Source of the DNA: Thermoanaerobaculia bacterium
GTDB taxonomy: Bacteria > Acidobacteriota > Thermoanaerobaculia > UBA5066
Direction: 5' to 3'
Length of the DNA: 64,000 nt
NCBI GenBank assembly: GCA_963816185.1
Contig: CAWFJJ010000030.1
Location: forward strand, 160,001 to 224,000
Position 1 is the stretch's first letter. Each line of letters opens with the position of its first letter. The position numbers and the translations under genes were made by a program. Shown here in pieces: positions 30,210 to 39,615 of the stretch. The notes under the pieces were generated by a model that saw only the letters and a list, made by a program, of their open reading frames with translations, had not been told where the DNA came from and made no database searches.

Positions 30210-31640
30210 ATGTCAGATACTGTCAAAACTCTCGATGCCGAGGTCGCGAAAAAGCCGGGGCGCCCGACAGGAGGATCCAAGTCCGTGTACGTCAAGAACC
30301 TGATGGCCGAGGTCAAGGCCAAGAACCCCGCCGAGCCTGAGTTCCACCAGGCGGTCGAGGAGGTTGCCGATTCGCTTCAGCTCGTCCTCGAGCAGAGGCC
30401 TGAATACCGGAGCGCGAAGATCCTCGAGCGGATGATCGAGCCCGAGCGGGTTCTCATGTTCCGGGTGCCCTGGCAGGATGACCAGGGGACGTACAGGGTC
30501 AACCGGGGATTCCGGATCCAGATGAACAGCGCGATCGGTCCCTACAAGGGAGGGCTCCGTTTCCACCCCTCGGTCAACCTCGGGATCCTGAAGTTCCTGG
30601 CCTTCGAGCAGGTCCTCAAGAACTCGCTGACCACGCTGCCGATGGGCGGCGGCAAGGGCGGCTCGGACTTCGATCCGAAAGGCAAGAGCGACGGCGAGGT
30701 CATGCGCTTCTGCCAGAGCTTCATGACGGAGCTCTTCCGCCACATCGGACCCGACACCGACGTCCCGGCCGGCGACATCGGCGTGGGCGGGCGCGAGATC
30801 GGCTTCCTGTTCGGCCAGTACAAGCGGCTCAGGAACGAGTTCTCGGGCGTCCTGACGGGCAAGGGCCTCCACTGGGGCGGCTCGCTGATCCGTCCGGAGG
30901 CCACCGGCTACGGCTCCGTGTACTTCGCGGCCGAGATGATCGGCACGCGTGGTCAGACGCTGGAAGGCAAGAGCTGCCTGGTCTCCGGCAGCGGTAACGT
31001 CTCGCAATATACCGTCGAGAAGCTCCTCCAGCTCAAGGCCAAGCCCGTGACTCTCTCCGACTCGGAAGGCTACATCTACGACGAGGCGGGAATCACGGCC
31101 GAAAAGCTGGCCTTCGTGATGGACCTCAAGAACGTCCGGCGCGGCCGCATCAAGGAGTACGCCGACAAGTTCAAGGGCGTCGTCTACACGCCGGTGAACC
31201 CGAAGCTCGACCACAATCCGCTCTGGACGCACAAGGCGCAGTGCGCCTTCCCGAGCGCGACGCAAAACGAGATCAACGGATTCGACGCGGCGCACCTCCT
31301 GAGGGGTGGCGTCTACGTCGTGACCGAGGGCGCCAACATGCCGACGACTCTCGACGGCGTGAAGGTCTTCCTCGATGCCGGCATTCTCTACGGGCCCGGA
31401 AAGGCCGCGAATGCGGGGGGAGTCGCGACCTCGGGGCTGGAGATGTCGCAGAACAGCATGCGCCTTTCCTGGACCCGCGAGGAAGTGGACAACCGGTTGC
31501 ATCTCATCATGAAGTCGATTCACGCGGCCTGCCGCGAAACGGCCGACCGGTTCGGGACGCCCGGCAACTACGTCAACGGGGCGAACATCGCCGGCTTCCT
31601 CAAGGTCGCCGACTCGATGATCGACCAGGGACTCGTCTAA
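30210..31640 (+). CDS. gdhA: NADP-specific glutamate dehydrogenase
   Basis: GPYKGGLRFHPSV, LPMGGGKGGSDFDPKG, DVPAGDIGVG, RPEATGYG, GKAANAGGVATSGLEM; SD AGGAGG. Confidence 0.95.
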   Translation: MSDTVKTLDAEVAKKPGRPTGGSKSVYVKNLMAEVKAKNPAEPEFHQAVEEVADSLQLVLEQRPEYRSAKILERMIEPERVLMFRVPWQDDQGTYRVNRGFRIQMNSAIGPYKGGLRFHPSVNLGILKFLAFEQVLKNSLTTLPMGGGKGGSDFDPKGKSDGEVMRFCQSFMTELFRHIGPDTDVPAGDIGVGGREIGFLFGQYKRLRNEFSGVLTGKGLHWGGSLIRPEATGYGSVYFAAEMIGTRGQTLEGKSCLVSGSGNVSQYTVEKLLQLKAKPVTLSDSEGYIYDEAGITAEKLAFVMDLKNVRRGRIKEYADKFKGVVYTPVNPKLDHNPLWTHKAQCAFPSATQNEINGFDAAHLLRGGVYVVTEGANMPTTLDGVKVFLDAGILYGPGKAANAGGVATSGLEMSQNSMRLSWTREEVDNRLHLIMKSIHAACRETADRFGTPGNYVNGANIAGFLKVADSMIDQGLV

Positions 31641-31701
31641 CCTAGGCCCCGGAGGCGGCGTGGGGGATTCTCGCTTCACGCCGCCTCCCGGGGAGTCATC
31701 G

Positions 31702-34701
31702 ATGTCCGAACGAGGCCCGGACGGCCCCACCCTCCGCTCAGAGAGCCCGTGGGGCGGGTTCCACGACCTGATGCAGTACCGGGTCCAGGACATCCTGCTC
31801 GTTTCCAGCCTCTACGATTACTTCATCCTGGCCGAAGACGGCCAGCTAAACGAGCGGATCCTTTCCGAATCTCTCGAGCTGAACCTCCGGCACGTTCCCG
31901 GAATCACCCGCGTCTCCACGGGCGAGGAGGCGCTCGCGAGGGCGCGCGCGGAGCCCCGCTTCAACCTGGTCATCACGTCCCTTCACGTGGGCGACATGGA
32001 CGCTCCGGGGCTCGCCCGCCGCCTCAAAGAGGCGGGCGTGAAGGCGCACGTGGTCGTCCTCGCCTACGACCACCGCGAGCTCGCCCTGCTCCTCGAGCGG
32101 CACGACGTCTCCGCGCTCGACGGAATCTACCTGTGGCGAGGAGACGTGCGGATCCTCCTGGCCATCGTGAAGGTCGTCGAGGACCGCATGAACCTCGCGC
32201 ACGACACGGGCGTGAAGGGGGTCCAGGCGATCATTCTCGTCGAGGACAGCGTTCCGTTCGCCTCTTCCTTCCTGCCGGTGCTCTACACCGAGGTCATCAA
32301 GCAGTCGCACAACCTCGCGCCCGAGGGGATCAACCTCTCCCACAAGCTCATGCGGCTCAAGGCGCGGCCGAAGATCGTCCTCTGCCGCACCTTCGAGGAG
32401 GCCTGGGACCTGTTCGAGACTTACCGGGAGAACATCCTGGGAATCATTTCCGACATCGAGTTCCCGCGGGGCGGAACGCTCACCCCGCTGGCCGGCGTGG
32501 AGCTGGCGCGAAGGGTGCGCGAGGAGCAGCCCGACGTGCCGTTCATGCTCCAGTCCAGCCGCCTGGAGAACGCGGCTCTCGCGAAGGAGGTGGGCGCCAC
32601 CTTCCACCTGAAGGGCTCGCCCGTCCTGCTCCAGCAGCTCCGGCACTTCATGGTCGAGAACTTCGGCTTCGGCGACTTCCTCTTCCGCCTGCCCGACGGC
32701 ACGGAGGTGGGCCGGGCACACGACCTGAAGACTCTGGAGGAGATGCTCCATACGGTTCCCGCGGCCTGCCTCGCCTATCACGGCGAGCGAAATCACTTCT
32801 CGACCTGGCTGAAGGCGCGCACCGAGTTCGCCCTGGCCCACAGTCTGAGGCCGCGCACCGTCGCCGACTTCGGCGGCCTGGAGAACCTGAGGCGGGAGCT
32901 GATCCGCTCGATCCAGGAGTACCGCACGCAACGGGGCCGGCGCATCGTGGCCGATTTCGACCGCGCGACGTTCGACGGCTCCGCGGGATTCTGGCGCCTT
33001 GGCGCCGGCTCTCTCGGCGGCAAGGCCCGCGGCCTCGCTTTCGTGAACGTGCTCCTGGACGACGACCGGGTCCGCAGCCGCTTTCGGAACGTGAACATCT
33101 GCGTTCCGTCCGCCGTCGTCCTCGGCGCGGACGTCTTCGACAGGTTTCTCGACGAGAACGGCCTGCGCGACTTCGCGATCGAGACGGACGACGACGCGGC
33201 CATCCGCCGACGCTTCCACGCGGCCAAGTTCCCCGAGGAGACGGCTCAGGACCTGGACGCGTATCTCAGAGCGGCTTCTTACCCGATCGCCGTGCGCTCC
33301 TCGAGCCTGCTGGAGGATTCGCAGTACCAGCCCTTCGCGGGCGTCTACGAGACGTACATGCTGCCGAACAACCACGGCAGCCGCGCGATCCGCCTCTCCC
33401 AGCTCCTCGCGGCCATCAAGAGGGTTTACGCCTCGACGTTCTCGCACCGCGCGAAATCCTATCTCGACGCCACTCCCTACCGCCTCGAAGAGGAGAAGAT
33501 GGCCGTCGTCCTGCAGCGCATCGTGGGAGCCTCGCACGGCGGCCGCTTCTACCCGTCCATCTCGGGCGTGGCGCGGTCGCACAACTTCTATCCGTCGCCG
33601 CCGATCCGGACGGAGGACGGCATCGCGGCCGTCGCCCTCGGCTTCGGCGAGAGCGTCGTGGACGGCGAAGCCTGCGTGAGGTTCTGCCCGAAATACCCCC
33701 GCCACCTCGTGCAGTTCTCGTCGGTCGGGGACATCCGCCAGAATTCGCAGAGGGAATTCTTCGCCCTGGACCTGCACGACTCGCAGGCGCGACCCGCCCT
33801 CCACGAGTTCGTGCTCGAGCGCCACGGCCTCGAGACGGCCGAGGAGGATGGGACGCTGGCTCAGGTGGGCTCGACGTACTCTCCGGAGAACGAGGCCGTC
33901 TACGACGGCGTTTCGCGCCCCGGGGTCCGACTCGTCACGTTCGCTCCGATCCTCAAGCACGAGACCTTCCCGTTGGCCGAGATCCTGGCCGCGCTGCTTC
34001 ACGTCGCGACCCGCGGCACGGGCGCCCCGGTGGAGATCGAGTTCGCCGTCGACCTCCTGAGCCCGGAGAGCGCGCTGAAGGAGTTCGGCTTCCTGCAGCT
34101 CCGCCCGCTGGCCCTCTCGAGGGAGTTGGCCGAGCTGCGGATCGGCGAGGTGAACCGGGAGGACCTCGTCTGCCAGAGCGCGACCGTCCTGGGGAACGGC
34201 CGCATCGAAGACGTGCGCGACCTGGTCGTCGTCGACTACGACCGCTTCGACCGCACGAAGAGCCATGTCGCGGCGGACGAGGTTGCCGCCTTCAACACGA
34301 ACCTCTCGAGCCGGGGAATCCCCTACGTCCTCATCGGAGTCGGTCGTTGGGGCTCGGCGGACCCGTTCCTCGGGATTCCGGTCACGTGGGACCAGATCTC
34401 GGGGGCGCGCGTCATCGTCGAGGCCGGCTTCAAGGACTTCCGGGTGACGCCCTCACAGGGCACTCATTTCTTCCAGAACCTCACGGCCAACAACACGGGC
34501 TACTTCACCGTCAACCCGGAGCTGGGAGACGGCTTCGTCGACTGGGATTGGCTCTCGGCGCAGCCGGTCGTGAGCGCGAAGTCGTGCGTGAGGCACCTGA
34601 GCTTCGAGAGCCCTGTCCTCATCAAGATGAACGGCCGCAGGAACGAAGGCGTCATCCTGAAGCCCTCGTCCCCAGAGTCAGGGGCCGCGCCGCATCGGTG
34701 A
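31702..34701 (+). CDS. Receiver-domain + PEP/pyruvate-binding (PPDK_N ATP-grasp) protein
   Basis: Two receiver-like units (second IILVED..IISD); GGKARGL, AVRSSSLLED..FAGVY, KMAVVLQ, EIEFA, LQLRP; C-terminal GRWGS..SQGTHFF. Confidence 0.85.
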   Translation: MSERGPDGPTLRSESPWGGFHDLMQYRVQDILLVSSLYDYFILAEDGQLNERILSESLELNLRHVPGITRVSTGEEALARARAEPRFNLVITSLHVGDMDAPGLARRLKEAGVKAHVVVLAYDHRELALLLERHDVSALDGIYLWRGDVRILLAIVKVVEDRMNLAHDTGVKGVQAIILVEDSVPFASSFLPVLYTEVIKQSHNLAPEGINLSHKLMRLKARPKIVLCRTFEEAWDLFETYRENILGIISDIEFPRGGTLTPLAGVELARRVREEQPDVPFMLQSSRLENAALAKEVGATFHLKGSPVLLQQLRHFMVENFGFGDFLFRLPDGTEVGRAHDLKTLEEMLHTVPAACLAYHGERNHFSTWLKARTEFALAHSLRPRTVADFGGLENLRRELIRSIQEYRTQRGRRIVADFDRATFDGSAGFWRLGAGSLGGKARGLAFVNVLLDDDRVRSRFRNVNICVPSAVVLGADVFDRFLDENGLRDFAIETDDDAAIRRRFHAAKFPEETAQDLDAYLRAASYPIAVRSSSLLEDSQYQPFAGVYETYMLPNNHGSRAIRLSQLLAAIKRVYASTFSHRAKSYLDATPYRLEEEKMAVVLQRIVGASHGGRFYPSISGVARSHNFYPSPPIRTEDGIAAVALGFGESVVDGEACVRFCPKYPRHLVQFSSVGDIRQNSQREFFALDLHDSQARPALHEFVLERHGLETAEEDGTLAQVGSTYSPENEAVYDGVSRPGVRLVTFAPILKHETFPLAEILAALLHVATRGTGAPVEIEFAVDLLSPESALKEFGFLQLRPLALSRELAELRIGEVNREDLVCQSATVLGNGRIEDVRDLVVVDYDRFDRTKSHVAADEVAAFNTNLSSRGIPYVLIGVGRWGSADPFLGIPVTWDQISGARVIVEAGFKDFRVTPSQGTHFFQNLTANNTGYFTVNPELGDGFVDWDWLSAQPVVSAKSCVRHLSFESPVLIKMNGRRNEGVILKPSSPESGAAPHR

Positions 34702-37700
34702 CGGCCCCGATCTTCGCCGCGTAACCCGAGGCTCTCTCGATCTCCTCGTCGGTCACGACGTGGACGTCCAGCAAGCCTGAGGTCGTGATTCCGGTGCGCA
34801 GGTAGTTCATCTCGGACAGGCAGAGGCTCCAACCCTCCAGCCAGGCCAGCAAATCCCTTCGCATTTCCGGATCGCCGGAGAAGCGGACGAGGAGGTTGAT
34901 GTCGCTGCCGGGCCCCGCCGTCCCGTTCTTGGTGCTGCCAAAGAGATAGAGCCCTTTGATGCCGAACCGTGCAGAGTCGGCCACGGCGGCGATGCGCTCG
35001 GCCATCCGCAGGCGCCAGCGCGCGTGATCCTCGGGGAGCGCCGGCTCGGGGACCCGCTTCCTTTCCGCCGACGCGTCCGTACCGCCTCCCGGGCTCGCCA
35101 GGAACCCGACCGCACGATCCTGGTCGGCGTTCAGAAGAACGCGCAGGACGAGCCCTCCCGTGGCGCGGGGAACGTCGATGACCCGGACCGTGCCCGCGAG
35201 GTCCGCAAACTCCGGTGCCACGTTCGCCAGAATGTCCGGCGTCTCTCTCAGGAACTTTTCGTGAAACGCGATGTCGGGATCGTCCGGAAAGAGCGGCAGG
35301 TAACGGATCGAGGCTTCGACCAGATCCTGAAAAAAGTGGGTGCCAAAGGAGACGTCCGGGACGTAATTTCCCCTTTTCCGCGCGATCTCGACGAGGGCCG
35401 CGGTGTTGTTGATATCCGAGTATGTGACGGGTACGCCGAGCTTCACGTCGCCGCGGCTGCCCCAGCGGCCGGGCCCCATGAGGATGAACTGTCTCTTTGG
35501 CAGGACCTTGTTGAGCCGACCCACGGCGCGTCCCACGTGCCTCAGGCTGTCGCCATCTTCGAGCGCCGCGTAGCGCTCGGGGTCCACGTAGACGATGTGA
35601 GTGATGTCCGGTATCCGGCCGTTCGAGACGTAGCGTTTCGCCTCGAAGATCACCTTGTCGGCCGGAAGGTCCTGGGGGATCGGCGCCGACGCCACGTCCT
35701 CCGAGAAGCTCTGTGGCCTGCATTGCAGGAGATAGAAGTCCTTTCCGTCGGAAGCGAACTCGATGTCCACCGGCCCGCCGGTCTTCTCCCTCAGAAGGCG
35801 GAGCAGCGCGCGCATCTGGGCGAGGAACGGCGTGGACTCGATGAGAGAGTCGAACGTGACGACGAGGCGGTCCGTGTCCGACGCCCAGTCGACCAGGAGG
35901 GGGCGCCGAATGCTCTCGCCATCCGCGAGCGAGACGATCTGTTGCATGCCGGGGATCTCCGCGCCGCACTCAGAGAGGAGGTCCTTCAAGGTGACCGTCT
36001 CGAAATGCGCCGACTCCAGGTTGATGACGTCCAGCTTCCTCGGCGAATAGCGGACCACCTCGTCGGGAGTGACGTTCACCCTCAGGCCGGGCTGGCCCGG
36101 TGCGATCAGCACCGGATAGTCGTCGCCGAGGCGGTCTACGGCGCGCGTTCCGAGGCCCGCCACGAGGCGGACCAGACCGTCCTCTCGCTTGATCCGTGCC
36201 GACCAGCGGAATTCGTTGTTGGAGAATGCCACTCCGGCGAAGGTCGGCAGGAAATACTTGCCGGCACGGCTGCCCACGACTTCCTGGATCATCACGCCCA
36301 TTTCCTCGTGCACGTCCAGGAGACCGCGCGCGGCGCGGTATTCGATGGGATCCGGCCCGAAGATCGAGGCATAGACCTCGGCGATGGCGTCCATCAGCGC
36401 GTTCAGGCGCTCGCTCTTCGTGCCCTGGTTGGCCAGGAAGAGGCTCTTGTACTTGCCGGAGAACGCCGACCCGATGCGGTCCTCCAGGAGGCTGGAGCTG
36501 CGCACGATGAGGGGACGGCCCTCGAGGTCGTCGAGCGCGACCGACAGGCCCTTGATGATTTCCGGCGAAAAGTGGGAGTCCTTGAAGACCTGGACGATGT
36601 GCGGGTACTCGCGCCGCACCTCCTCGATCTCCAGGTACTTCCGGTTGTACACATCCTGTAGCTGATTGAACTCGATGAAGTTCAGAACTCCGTCCGACGT
36701 GACGTACCACGTTTTGGGGATCCGGATGCGTCCAAGCGCGGCGGCGTATTCGGGAGATTTCTTCACGATCTGGGCCGCCAGGAACAGCCCCGAGCTTTTC
36801 CCTCCGAGCTTGCCGTGGCTCCTCGGAGGACAGATGACGCGGCGGGAAAGCTCGTAAAAGTCGCTCACGTCGATGTAGTTCTTGGCCGTGCCGACGAAGT
36901 CGAGGTCATCGGTGAGGAACCGGCGGATCAACGAGACCCTCAATTCGACCTGCACGGTGCGGGAAAGCTCGTGGTCGTCGACGGCCGCGTTGTGAAAGCG
37001 GCCCAGCGCCTGAGCGATCTCCATCAATGGGGTTCCCAGGTTCTCGACCGCCTCGACCAGGAAGCCGGACTTCTCGTCCCGGATCCATTTCTGGATGCAC
37101 GAGAGGATCTCGTCGGAAGCGAGGTGCTCGGAGGCGATGCGGAAAACCTTGTCGGCAACCTTGACCAAAGAGTCGATGCCCCGCCGCTCTACGGGCCGGT
37201 TCTCGCCTCCGCCCTCTTCGGGGCCGCCGCTCCGGCCTGCGGTGAAGTGCGGCAGCAGGTCCTGTGCCTCGGCGACGCCGTTCCAGCAAAGGTAGTTGAT
37301 CATCCGGCGCGAGACCCGCATCAGCAGGTGCTCGTCGGTCTTGCGCAGGAAGTCGATGATGACCCACCAGTCCCCGCGGGGGGGCGCCGCCCGGAGGCCG
37401 TCGAGCGCCTCCTGCCGGCCCTGGATCCTGTCCAGCAGCTTGCGGTGCAGGAGGAGCTGCCCGAGCCGCTCGGCGATCGTGTCGATGAGCTTCCTCTCCT
37501 CTTTCAGGAACGGACCCTCGTCGGAGTCGGGCATCTCCTTGACGTAAAACACCTCTACGCTGCCAATCACGAGACCCTGCACACGGATCGGCGCCACCTG
37601 AACCCAGGGTGTGCCGGTCAATCCCGGCGGCTCGTAGACCACGCCGTCCGCTGTGATCCGCGCCAGGCACTCGGCCGGGTATTGCCAGCCCGGCGGGAGG

Positions 37701-37846
37701 ATGTCGATGACGTCCCGGAAGATCTCGTCCAGCGAGGCCTGCGGCCGGTTGCAGATCTCGTTCACCCGGTAGAGGCAGGAGAGCTCCTTGGCGCGCTCCT
37801 GCAGGGCGTCAAGGATCGTATCGACGGAGCCGTCCTGTGAGGTCAT
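34652..37846 (-). CDS. GAF-like + PEP/pyruvate-binding ATP-grasp + nucleotidyltransferase domain protein
   Basis: LQERAKELSCLY..PPGWQYP..FLKEER; GGKSSGL, VRSSSLLED..FSGKY, DIEFA, LLQCRP; GRWGS..SFGTHFF; YLFGS..GSDINL. Confidence 0.85.
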   Translation of the reverse strand: MTSQDGSVDTILDALQERAKELSCLYRVNEICNRPQASLDEIFRDVIDILPPGWQYPAECLARITADGVVYEPPGLTGTPWVQVAPIRVQGLVIGSVEVFYVKEMPDSDEGPFLKEERKLIDTIAERLGQLLLHRKLLDRIQGRQEALDGLRAAPPRGDWWVIIDFLRKTDEHLLMRVSRRMINYLCWNGVAEAQDLLPHFTAGRSGGPEEGGGENRPVERRGIDSLVKVADKVFRIASEHLASDEILSCIQKWIRDEKSGFLVEAVENLGTPLMEIAQALGRFHNAAVDDHELSRTVQVELRVSLIRRFLTDDLDFVGTAKNYIDVSDFYELSRRVICPPRSHGKLGGKSSGLFLAAQIVKKSPEYAAALGRIRIPKTWYVTSDGVLNFIEFNQLQDVYNRKYLEIEEVRREYPHIVQVFKDSHFSPEIIKGLSVALDDLEGRPLIVRSSSLLEDRIGSAFSGKYKSLFLANQGTKSERLNALMDAIAEVYASIFGPDPIEYRAARGLLDVHEEMGVMIQEVVGSRAGKYFLPTFAGVAFSNNEFRWSARIKREDGLVRLVAGLGTRAVDRLGDDYPVLIAPGQPGLRVNVTPDEVVRYSPRKLDVINLESAHFETVTLKDLLSECGAEIPGMQQIVSLADGESIRRPLLVDWASDTDRLVVTFDSLIESTPFLAQMRALLRLLREKTGGPVDIEFASDGKDFYLLQCRPQSFSEDVASAPIPQDLPADKVIFEAKRYVSNGRIPDITHIVYVDPERYAALEDGDSLRHVGRAVGRLNKVLPKRQFILMGPGRWGSRGDVKLGVPVTYSDINNTAALVEIARKRGNYVPDVSFGTHFFQDLVEASIRYLPLFPDDPDIAFHEKFLRETPDILANVAPEFADLAGTVRVIDVPRATGGLVLRVLLNADQDRAVGFLASPGGGTDASAERKRVPEPALPEDHARWRLRMAERIAAVADSARFGIKGLYLFGSTKNGTAGPGSDINLLVRFSGDPEMRRDLLAWLEGWSLCLSEMNYLRTGITTSGLLDVHVVTDEEIERASGYAAKIGAVTDAARPLTLGTRASG

Positions 37847-39597
37847 GTCTCCTCGTCGCGCCTCCAGATGATCCCACGCCCCGTGCGACCATCCACCTCC
37901 ACGCGCAGAGGACCGTCGGAGCGAACGTGGCGGACGAAGGGCCCCTCCTCGACCGCCGGCCGGTTTTCCAGCCATTCCCAGTCGAGCGTGCCCGATCCCT
38001 CGGGAGGCAGGGAGAAGTAGCTCACGCCGAAGCTCGAGATGTTGTGGAAGAAGTGCGAGCCCTGGCTCATCTCGATGCCTCGCTCGGGCCGCGACGCCTC
38101 GACGAGGACCTTGGCTCCCGCCACGTCTCCCCACACCACGGGGACGCCGAGCCACGGATCGGCGCTGCCCCAGCGCCCGAAGCCGATGAGGATGTACGGC
38201 GCGCCTTCTTCGAGCAGGGCACGATTCCTCGCGGCGATCTCCTCCGCGACCTCGCGCGCGCGGCGCGCGTCGAAGCGATCGGAAGGCAGGTACACGACGT
38301 CGCGGATCCCGTCGACGATCCCGTTTCCCATGACCTGGTCCGACGAGAGAAGAACCTTGAAGCCGGGCCGCGCGGTCTGGGTGACGTCGACGCTCTCCGT
38401 CGAGACCGCCATACGTCGCACCTGGAGAAGGCCGAGCCTGAGAGGCGGCTCCCGCCGCGGCTCGAGCGTCGCGGCAAACTCGATCTCGACCGGCCCGCCG
38501 GCCGCCTTCCCGCAGGCCGAAAGAAGGGACTTGACCACGTCGTTCAGCGGGTATTGGTCGTGGACGAGGAGCGGCGCGAAGTTCAGAACTCGCGGCCCGG
38601 CCATACCCGTTCCGGGCACCAGCCGGTCCGAGCCGGCGTTCCACGTGGAGGCCAGAGAAGGCAGCGTGCCGTCCTCTTCGGCGTCCGTGAGAGAGCCCTT
38701 CACGAGGTACTCGGTCTCGCGCACCGGATCGTAAGCGGGGGGCTTTCCCATGTTCACGGCCCAGAACTCGGTCTGCGAGCTCTTGAGGAGGTCGGCGGCC
38801 GAGGTGAAGGGCGCGGGCGCGCGCGGATGTGCTGGCGAGTAAGTCCAGGAAGCCCCTCCGTCCACGATCGTCTTTCCCAGACCGAGCGCCAGGAGCACGA
38901 CCCCGTCCTCCGGACGTGCCGAGCCGAAGCGGTAAAAGCCGTACGAACGCGCCACTCCGGAGATGTCGGGGTAGTAGCGCTCTCGGTGCCGGCGGCCCAC
39001 GACCTCCTGCAGCAGCACCGCCATCTTCTCGTCCCGAGGTCCGGCGTCGACCGTCATCCGGTACGACTTCGCGCCGCTGAAATACGTGGAGGCCCACCCC
39101 AGCTTCACCGCCTCGGCCAGCTTCCGGAACCGCGTGTCCGGCGCGAGCTCGTTGTTCGGGATCATCTTCGTCGCGTAGACGCCCGCAAAGGGGCGCTCCA
39201 GGGCGTCTTCCAGGAGGCTCGAGGACCGGACGGCGAGGGGGGCGTGGATGTGATCGGCAAGCGCGCGAAGGTCACCCACGAGATCCGCAGGAAGGTCGCC
39301 CTTCTGGAAGGCGCGGGCGATGGCATCGTCGCTCTCGCCCGAAAGGGCTACCTCCTCGAGGCGGTTCTCTTCCATGAAGCGGTCGAAGCGCTCGGTCGTG
39401 ACCACCGACATCGTGGGGATCGAGACCTCGAACTCCGGCGAGGCGCCCGCGAAGGCCGAAGCCAGCGTGTCGCGAATCCGGATCAGCCCGGCGGCCTTTC
39501 CTCCGACAGGCCCCTCCCCCATCCGCGTCGCGGGCTCCCTTCCGTCGAAGAGGCTCCGGTCGAAGCGCGGAAGCGCGGGCTCTGTCGCGTTCGTCAT
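37843..39597 (-). CDS. PEP/pyruvate-binding ATP-grasp protein (minimal form)
   Basis: GGKAAGL, AVRSSSLLED..FAGVY, KMAVLLQ, EIEFA, LLQVR; GRWGSADP..SQGSHFF. Confidence 0.87.
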   Translation of the reverse strand: MTNATEPALPRFDRSLFDGREPATRMGEGPVGGKAAGLIRIRDTLASAFAGASPEFEVSIPTMSVVTTERFDRFMEENRLEEVALSGESDDAIARAFQKGDLPADLVGDLRALADHIHAPLAVRSSSLLEDALERPFAGVYATKMIPNNELAPDTRFRKLAEAVKLGWASTYFSGAKSYRMTVDAGPRDEKMAVLLQEVVGRRHRERYYPDISGVARSYGFYRFGSARPEDGVVLLALGLGKTIVDGGASWTYSPAHPRAPAPFTSAADLLKSSQTEFWAVNMGKPPAYDPVRETEYLVKGSLTDAEEDGTLPSLASTWNAGSDRLVPGTGMAGPRVLNFAPLLVHDQYPLNDVVKSLLSACGKAAGGPVEIEFAATLEPRREPPLRLGLLQVRRMAVSTESVDVTQTARPGFKVLLSSDQVMGNGIVDGIRDVVYLPSDRFDARRAREVAEEIAARNRALLEEGAPYILIGFGRWGSADPWLGVPVVWGDVAGAKVLVEASRPERGIEMSQGSHFFHNISSFGVSYFSLPPEGSGTLDWEWLENRPAVEEGPFVRHVRSDGPLRVEVDGRTGRGIIWRRDEET

Positions 39598-39615
39598 CGG
39601 CGTGTCCGCGCCGTG

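Noticed and set aside
26997-34724. Very long antisense or alternate-frame ORFs (e.g. 26997-29906, 31749-34724, 31846-34266; also 37837-40848, 61242-63203)
   Set aside because: Shadow ORFs expected in high-GC coding DNA; Arg/Pro/Gly-rich or antisense to well-supported genes, with no motifs.
34652-39097. 1481-aa ORF as a single protein
   Set aside because: The N-terminal ~415 aa overlap the 37843-39597 gene in another frame; the real start is ATG 37846 after a GAGGAG SD.
31702-39597. Calling the three ATP-grasp genes ppsA/ppdK
   Set aside because: No C-terminal PEP/pyruvate TIM-barrel and no canonical GGxTSH motif; the domain architecture differs.
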